DNA from: Candidatus Latescibacterota bacterium
GTDB taxonomy: Bacteria > Latescibacterota > UBA2968 > UBA8231
Length of the DNA: 64,000 bases
Reading direction: 5' to 3'
Assembly (NCBI GenBank): GCA_965248355.1
Contig: OZ252098.1
Location: 960,001-1,024,000, forward strand
The notes beneath the pieces were generated by a model, which was not told the DNA's origin, searched no databases, and saw only the letters and a program-made list of their open reading frames with translations. This document shows positions 57,816 through 64,000 of the stretch, in pieces (within the stretch, counting starts at the first letter, position 1; each line of letters opens with the position of its first letter). The position numbers and the translations under genes were made by a program.

Positions 57816-60800
57816 CGGGACCCGGCTCCAGATTCCTTGTTGCGGCCATGGCCTGGCTGCTGCTGACAGCCCCGGCCTCTGCGGACGGCCCCGACTTGTG
57901 GGCTGTCGCCGATGAGGGGGAGCGTCTGCGGGCGAGCGTGGAGTACCTGTCCACGGTCGGCTCCCGCATCAGCGGACACGAGGGCGCCCAGCGGGCCTCG
58001 GACTGGATCGAGCGGCAGCTGTCGACGCTGGGGTTGGGCCCGGTGCACCGAGAGTCGTTCCAGATCACCGTGCCGGTGGAGTTGGGCGGGCGCAGCCGCC
58101 TGCAGGTCCTCGAGACCGGCGAGGAGCTCGACATCTACGGGCTGTGGCCGAACGGCCCGCGAACGACGACCACCCCGCCCGGAGGCACGGAAGGCCTGCT
58201 CACCTGGGCCGGGGGCGGCGAGTACGCCGACTTCGAGGGGCGGCCGCTGCAGGGCCGCGTGGTGCTGATGGAGTTCAACACCTGGGACCGCTGGGTCCGG
58301 CTGGCGGCCCTCGGGGCCCGGGCCGTGATCTTCATCGAGCCCGAAGAGACCTCCTACCCGCAGACCGAGGACAAGAGCCTCATGGTGCCGGTGGACGTGC
58401 CGCGGTTCTGGATCGACGCAGAGGCGGGCCGGCGGCTTCAGCGGAGATTGCAGGGCGGAGACGAGATCGGCGTCCGCCTGCACAGCCGGATGGACTGGCT
58501 CGAGCGGCCCTGCTCCAACCTCTGGGTCGAGATCAGCGGCGCCGATACGGACCTGGCCGGGCAGCGGATCGTCGTTCAGAGCTACTTCGACGGGACCTCC
58601 ATCGCGCCCTCCCTGGCGCCCTCGGCCGAGGTCTCCAGCGGCGCGGCTGCGATGCTGGAGCTGGCCCGGTACCTGCGGGACCATCCGCCCGCCCGGACGG
58701 TGGTTCTCCTGCTAACGGGCTCCCACTTCCAGGACCGGGCGGGGATCGTCGACTTCCTTGAGCGTCACACCCGCAAGTCCGACTACTACGCTCCTCTCAC
58801 AGACTCGATGGCCGTCGATCTCTTCCTCGGTCTCGACCTGTCCACCAAGACGGATCAGGTGGCCATCTGGAACAACACATCCAGCTTCGATCTCAAGCGG
58901 TTCTACGTCCCCTTCGGGCGGCGGTACACCAGGTACGCCGAGGAGGCGGCCGTCGAACTCGGACGGGCCGGCGAGCCATTGCTGTTGAACGGGATCAGTC
59001 CCATCCGCGGAATGGACTGGTCCACCTTCGTCCCCGACGGCGTCCGCGTCGACGCCCGCATGGCCCTGCGCGCCGGCCAGGTCGCCCTCTCCTTCGTCAC
59101 CGCTCACGACGCCCGCTTTCCCGTGGCCACCCCCCTCGACACGCCCGAGCGCATGAATCTGGACAACCTCCGGAGTCAGTCGCGCTTCCTCAACCGGGTA
59201 CTCTCCCGGTCCTTCGACGACCCGGACCTGTTCACCGGACTCGAGGACTTCGATCCCGTGCTCAAGGACGAGCTGCGCACGCACACCGTTCGGGTGCGGG
59301 GCTTTCCGCGCCGCAGCCAGATCCCCGACCGGCCGGTGGCCGACGCCCTGGTGATGGTGGGGCGGTGGACGCACAAGGGCGTGAACACGAGCCGCGCGTA
59401 CCTCACCGGCGAGCTGGGCGTCGCCACCGTGTCGGGACTGGTCGTCGGGGCCACCTCGGTGGTGGCCCATGTCCTCGACCGGGAGACGGGAGAAGTCGTC
59501 TACGCGCCGGACCTGAGCGAGCGCGCCCAGAAGCACCACGGCAAGCCGCTCGCGAGCGGCCGCATGAACTGGAGCATCCGCTGGAACAAGGACAGCAAGC
59601 CCATCGTCGTGTTCCCGAGCATCCAGAGGACCCTCTTCGGGCTGACCCATCCCAACCAGCTGATCGGGCTGGCCTCCCTGAAGATGATCGACAGCGGCGG
59701 CATCGCGCCTCGCCAGTTCGGGTACGCCTTCGGCCACACCATGAGCAGCAACCTCTGCGTCGTCTTCGCGCCCCAGGAGGCGGCCGCCGAGGATCCCCGC
59801 CTGAAGATGCTCTTCGGGGACATGCTGCTCATCAACAGCCCCGGGGGTACGTCGGAGAAGGAGGCCAAGGGCACCGGCTACGACCTGGCGGTGGACGACC
59901 TGCTGCCCTCCGAGCTCTTCGCCCTGCGGGACACCTGGAGGCTCAACGACGCCCGTCTGGCCACGATGCGCTCCCACGCCATTGAGAACCAGCGAATCAG
60001 CCGGTTGCACGAGGCGGGCCGGCGGTTCCTGGCCTCCGCCGAGAAAGCGCTCGAGGAGGGCCGCTGGCGCGACTACGTGGCCGAGGTCCGGTCGGGCCTC
60101 GGGGTGACCCTGCGCGCCTATCCCCAGGTGAAGGGAACCCTCAACGACGTGATCAAGGGCATCGTCTTCTTCCTGGCCCTGGTCATGCCCACGGCCTTCT
60201 TCGGCGAGCGCCTGCTCTTCGCGGCGGCCGACATCCGCTGGCAGCTCGGGGGCTTCGCCCTTCTGCTCCTGATCGTGTGGACGCTGATCTCCCAGGTCCA
60301 TCCGGCCTTCGACATCGCCCATCCCCTGATCATCCTGCTGGCCTTCTTCATCATGGTCATGGCCGTCTTCGTGATGGCCATGGTCTCGAGCCGGTTCAAC
60401 CGGTTCCTCAAGGAGTACCAGGCCGAGAAGGCGAAGGTCCACCAGACCGACATCAGCCGGGTCAGCGCCACCTACGCCGCTTTCATGCTCGGCATCTCGA
60501 ACATGCGCAGGCGCAGGCTGCGCACCGGACTGACCCTGCTCACCCTGACCTTGCTCACCTTCACGGTCCTGTCCTTCACCTCCTTCCGGCCGGAGATGTG
60601 GTATTTCGTCTTTCCCCTCCGCCACGAGGGATCGTACACGGGGGCCCTGATCCGGGACCGCGGCTGGAGCTCTCTGTCGGAGACCACCCTCGAGTACGCC
60701 CGCTCCCACTTCGAGGAGCATGGCCAGGTGGTCCCGCGGAACTGGTACATCACCTACGACGACGAGGAGAAGAAGTACACGGAGATCCGGCGGGACAGCC

Positions 60801-62263
60801 TCATCGTGCGGGCTACCGGCCTGCTCGGGGTGAGCTCCCGGGAGCAGCGGGTGACCGGGCTGGCCTCGGCCCTTACGGCGGGGAGATGGTTCCAGGACGA
60901 TCACGAATCCACCTGCCTGCTCTCGGACGGCATGGCCGAGGGGCTGGGAATCGGTCCCGGAGATGTGGGCCGGGCCCAGGTCCAGGTCTTCGGCCAGCGG
61001 CTGACCGTGGCCGGGGTCTTCTCGTCCGAGGCCTTCGACGAGGTTCGCGATCTCGACGACGAGCCCCTGAGTCCGGCGGACTTCCAGCTCTCGAGCATGC
61101 AGGCCCTGGGTCCGGTGGAGGGGCCGCAGATGCAGGTGCAGGAGGAGGAGGAGACCTACGAGGTCAGGCCCTTCGTCCACCTCGACCCGGCGAACGTGCT
61201 CATCCTGCCCTACGAGACCCTGAAGGTCTCCTTCGGCGACCTGCGCTCCGTGGCCATCCGGTTCGACGAGGGCGCCCCGGCCCGGGCCCTGATCGAGGAC
61301 TTCCTGCAGCGCATCTCGGGCACGATCTTCGCCGGCCTGCCGGACGAAGAGGGCCGCATCGACGTCGTGTCGTACACCTCTCTGGGCGGCACCTCGGTCG
61401 AGGGTCTGGCGGCCCTGACCGTGCCCATGCTGATCGCGGCCCTCATCGTCCTCAACACGATGATGGGCGCCGTGTACGAGCGCTTCCGGGAGATCGGCAT
61501 CTACTCCTCGGTGGGGCTGGCGCCCATGCACATCGCCCTGCTGTTCATCGCCGAGGCCTGCGTGTACGCGGTCATGGGGGTGACCCTGGGCTACCTGATC
61601 GGCCAGATCCTCGGAAGGTCGCTGGTGCAGTTCGACCTGCTGGGCGGCATGAACCTGAACTACTCCTCCTATGCCGCCATTCTCTCGGCCTGCATGGTCA
61701 TGGGCGTGGTGCTCCTGTCCACCATCTATCCGGCCCGCGTCGCCTCCCGGTCCGCCGTTCCCGACACGGTTCGGCGGTGGCGGCCGCCGCCGCCCGACGG
61801 CGATCGCTGGGCCTTCGACTTTCCCTTCATGGTGGGACAGAGCGAGGTAGTGGGGATCTGCGGGTTCCTGGCCAACTTCCTCAGCGCCTACAGCGAGGAG
61901 TCGATCGGCGACTTCTACGCCGACAAGGTGCGGATCACCACCGAGGAGACGCGCGCGGGCCGGGAGTACGCCGTGCAGCTGCTGCTGTGGCTGGCCCCCT
62001 TCGACATGGGCGTGAGCCAGTTCCTGCAGATCGAGCTGGCGCCCACCTCCACACCCGGCGTCTGCGACGTGCAGATCTACATCCACCGCCTGAGCGGCCA
62101 GGACACCTACTGGCAACGCGTCAACCGACGCTTCGTCAACCACCTGCGCAAGGAGTTCCTGATCTGGCATACCCTCGACACGGAGTCCAAGGCCTTCCAC
62201 GACCAGAGCGCGAGAGAGCGGATGGCGGCTGAGGCCACGACAGCAGCGGAGGCCACGACCTAA
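57812..62263 (+). CDS. Large membrane protein: signal peptide + PA/M28-like domain + MacB/FtsX-like permease
   Basis: ATGA overlap with paralog 2; APASA cleavage site; AMLELAR M28 helix; NMRRRRLRTGLTL; LNTMMGAVYERFREIGIYSSVGL FtsX motif; 1483 aa. Confidence 0.85.
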   Translation: MTGPGSRFLVAAMAWLLLTAPASADGPDLWAVADEGERLRASVEYLSTVGSRISGHEGAQRASDWIERQLSTLGLGPVHRESFQITVPVELGGRSRLQVLETGEELDIYGLWPNGPRTTTTPPGGTEGLLTWAGGGEYADFEGRPLQGRVVLMEFNTWDRWVRLAALGARAVIFIEPEETSYPQTEDKSLMVPVDVPRFWIDAEAGRRLQRRLQGGDEIGVRLHSRMDWLERPCSNLWVEISGADTDLAGQRIVVQSYFDGTSIAPSLAPSAEVSSGAAAMLELARYLRDHPPARTVVLLLTGSHFQDRAGIVDFLERHTRKSDYYAPLTDSMAVDLFLGLDLSTKTDQVAIWNNTSSFDLKRFYVPFGRRYTRYAEEAAVELGRAGEPLLLNGISPIRGMDWSTFVPDGVRVDARMALRAGQVALSFVTAHDARFPVATPLDTPERMNLDNLRSQSRFLNRVLSRSFDDPDLFTGLEDFDPVLKDELRTHTVRVRGFPRRSQIPDRPVADALVMVGRWTHKGVNTSRAYLTGELGVATVSGLVVGATSVVAHVLDRETGEVVYAPDLSERAQKHHGKPLASGRMNWSIRWNKDSKPIVVFPSIQRTLFGLTHPNQLIGLASLKMIDSGGIAPRQFGYAFGHTMSSNLCVVFAPQEAAAEDPRLKMLFGDMLLINSPGGTSEKEAKGTGYDLAVDDLLPSELFALRDTWRLNDARLATMRSHAIENQRISRLHEAGRRFLASAEKALEEGRWRDYVAEVRSGLGVTLRAYPQVKGTLNDVIKGIVFFLALVMPTAFFGERLLFAAADIRWQLGGFALLLLIVWTLISQVHPAFDIAHPLIILLAFFIMVMAVFVMAMVSSRFNRFLKEYQAEKAKVHQTDISRVSATYAAFMLGISNMRRRRLRTGLTLLTLTLLTFTVLSFTSFRPEMWYFVFPLRHEGSYTGALIRDRGWSSLSETTLEYARSHFEEHGQVVPRNWYITYDDEEKKYTEIRRDSLIVRATGLLGVSSREQRVTGLASALTAGRWFQDDHESTCLLSDGMAEGLGIGPGDVGRAQVQVFGQRLTVAGVFSSEAFDEVRDLDDEPLSPADFQLSSMQALGPVEGPQMQVQEEEETYEVRPFVHLDPANVLILPYETLKVSFGDLRSVAIRFDEGAPARALIEDFLQRISGTIFAGLPDEEGRIDVVSYTSLGGTSVEGLAALTVPMLIAALIVLNTMMGAVYERFREIGIYSSVGLAPMHIALLFIAEACVYAVMGVTLGYLIGQILGRSLVQFDLLGGMNLNYSSYAAILSACMVMGVVLLSTIYPARVASRSAVPDTVRRWRPPPPDGDRWAFDFPFMVGQSEVVGICGFLANFLSAYSEESIGDFYADKVRITTEETRAGREYAVQLLLWLAPFDMGVSQFLQIELAPTSTPGVCDVQIYIHRLSGQDTYWQRVNRRFVNHLRKEFLIWHTLDTESKAFHDQSARERMAAEATTAAEATT

Positions 62264-62267
62264 GGCC

Positions 62268-64000
62268 ATGGCCGAGAACGGAAAGCAGAGCCTGCGCCAG
62301 CGGCTGCGCAGGAGCCAGTGGCAGGAGGTGGAGGAGTACCGCGCCCTGCTGGAGCCCGCCGAGCAGTTCGAGAGCGGCTTCACCATGCGCACCATCATCG
62401 GCGTCATCTTCATCTCCCTGGTCATGACCCCGGGGGAGATGTACCTGGGCCTGGTCACCGGCGGGGGCATCGGCGCCGCGGCCCAGTGGGTGACGGTGAT
62501 CCTCTTCCTGGAGGTGGCCAAGCGGTCCTTCACCTCCCTGCGCCGCCAGGAGATCTACCTGCTGGTGTACGTGGCCTCGGCCCTGGTGGCCCGGGAGGAG
62601 GGGGCCTTCCTCGACCTGCTCTTCCGCCAGTACTTCGTGCGCTCCGCCGAGGCCGAGCAGTTCGGCATCTCCAAGCTGCTGCCGTACTGGTACGTGCCCC
62701 ATCCCGAGTCGCCCGCCCTGGCGGCGCGCACCTTCCTGCACCGCGACTGGCTGTGGCCCATCGCCCTGCTGATCATGGGAACCATCGTCGGCCGCATAAG
62801 CTGGTTCACCTCCGGGTACCTCCTCTTCCGCCTGACCTCGGACCGCGAGCGCCTGCCCTTTCCCACGGCCCCCATGTCGGCCCTCTCGGCCATGGCCCTG
62901 GCCGAGGAGAGCGGCGGGGAGAAGGAGACCTGGAAGTGGCCCGTGTTCTCCCTGGGAGGGGTCATGGGCGCCCTCTTCGGCATGATCTACGTGGGCATCC
63001 CTACCCTCACCGAGGTCCTGCAGGGAAAGAAGATCACCCTCATCCCGATCCCCTTCTGGGACCTCACGCCGTACTTCGGCAACCTGCTGCCAGCCGCGCC
63101 CATAGGGATCACCCTCCACCTCGGGATCATCTTCGGCGGCCTCCTGGCCCCGTTCTGGGGGATCGTCGGGTCCAGCGCCGGCGTGATCATGCACACCGCG
63201 GTGAGCCCCATCCTGCACGCCCACGGCCTGCTGCCGAGCTGGTCCCTGGGCATGGACCTGATCGGCACGTCCATCGTCACCGGGATCGACTTCTGGAGAG
63301 CCTTCTCCATCGGCATCACCATCGCCGTCACTATCATCAGCTTCTACCAGCTCTTCGCTACCGCCCGTCAGCGGCGGCTGTCAACGCGCGACGAGTTCCT
63401 CGGGGAGCGGCGCGAGTACCCGCGGACCTGCGTCCACGACGGCTGCAACGCCCCCTCCCAGGTGCGCGGCTACTGCCTCAAGCACCTCGGCCGGGGGGAC
63501 TTCAACCTCTGGGTCTGCGTCGTCCTCTTCGCCATGGCCGCCCTCTACCCCATCGTGCTCGCCAAAACCCTCTTCCCGGCCCTGGTGACGACCGGCCTGC
63601 TCGTCGTGTTCTTCGGCATCGCCTTCGTGTACGCGCCCATCATGTCCTTCGTCTCGGCCCGTCTCGACGGCCTCATCGGCCGCGAGGTGTCGATCCCGTA
63701 CATCAACGAGGCCATCATCTTCCTCACCGGGTACCGGGGCGTCGACATCTGGTTCGTGCCCTTCCCGACCCGCAACTACGGAGGCCACGCCGAGGGCTTC
63801 CGCGTCGTCGAGCTGACGGGCATGCGCTTCACCAGCCTGCTGCAGGCGGAGCTGTTCATGCTGCCCATCGTCTTCGGCGTGAGCCTCATGTACTGGAGCT
63901 TCCTGTGGCGCCTCGGCCCGATACCGTCCGAGAGCTATCCCTACGCGCAGCTCATGTGGCCGCTGCAGGCCTTCAACCAGGCCTTCTACTACTCCAGCAC
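62268..64000 (+). CDS. OPT/YSL-family oligopeptide transporter-like protein, 3'-partial
   Basis: Open frame from ATG 62268 to the window end (absent from ORF track): GFTMRTIIG, MYLGLVTG, LRRQEIY, DRERLPFP, many TMs. Confidence 0.85.
   Translation, partial: MAENGKQSLRQRLRRSQWQEVEEYRALLEPAEQFESGFTMRTIIGVIFISLVMTPGEMYLGLVTGGGIGAAAQWVTVILFLEVAKRSFTSLRRQEIYLLVYVASALVAREEGAFLDLLFRQYFVRSAEAEQFGISKLLPYWYVPHPESPALAARTFLHRDWLWPIALLIMGTIVGRISWFTSGYLLFRLTSDRERLPFPTAPMSALSAMALAEESGGEKETWKWPVFSLGGVMGALFGMIYVGIPTLTEVLQGKKITLIPIPFWDLTPYFGNLLPAAPIGITLHLGIIFGGLLAPFWGIVGSSAGVIMHTAVSPILHAHGLLPSWSLGMDLIGTSIVTGIDFWRAFSIGITIAVTIISFYQLFATARQRRLSTRDEFLGERREYPRTCVHDGCNAPSQVRGYCLKHLGRGDFNLWVCVVLFAMAALYPIVLAKTLFPALVTTGLLVVFFGIAFVYAPIMSFVSARLDGLIGREVSIPYINEAIIFLTGYRGVDIWFVPFPTRNYGGHAEGFRVVELTGMRFTSLLQAELFMLPIVFGVSLMYWSFLWRLGPIPSESYPYAQLMWPLQAFNQAFYYSS

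Noticed and set aside
58712..62533. 1273-aa antisense ORF, and similar long antisense ORFs across the window
   Set aside because: Mirror of strongly GC3-biased sense genes; no recognisable motifs

Overview
High-GC bacterial chromosomal segment. 1-19.2 kb is a run of carbohydrate and small-molecule catabolic genes: a divergent GHMP kinase, CoA-transferase III, D-aminoacylase, amidohydrolase, Gfo/Idh/MocA oxidoreductases, PfkB kinase, MFS and MATE transporters, cupins and a DHDPS-family lyase. It is followed by lnt and a stand-alone sigma-region-4 protein. About 21.2-27.45 kb is a decaying island, lower in GC in its left half, next to the 3' end of initiator tRNA-Met. It carries a frameshifted secreted IPT/matrixin protease behind a strong promoter and a c-di-GMP-I-like riboswitch candidate, an intact IS256 without target duplication, and broken serine-recombinase and DUF2924 genes. 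27.5-47.8 kb is mostly housekeeping: corC, ybeY, 7TM-HD, phoH, LysM/lipoprotein, aspS, cysM-mec-cysO, rpsT, mocA-xdhC, HDAC, E2 and ftsH. An IS630 sits exactly in a stop codon at 48.7 kb. The best candidate for a poorly described system is at 52-64 kb. It comprises a divergent M42-like peptidase, two tandem 718-aa OPT-like membrane paralogs each with its own promoter, a ~1480-aa fusion of a degenerate M28/PA domain with a MacB/FtsX permease, and a third OPT-family protein with an inserted C3H zinc finger. The cluster runs off the window end. All family calls come from motif recognition only; no searches were run.
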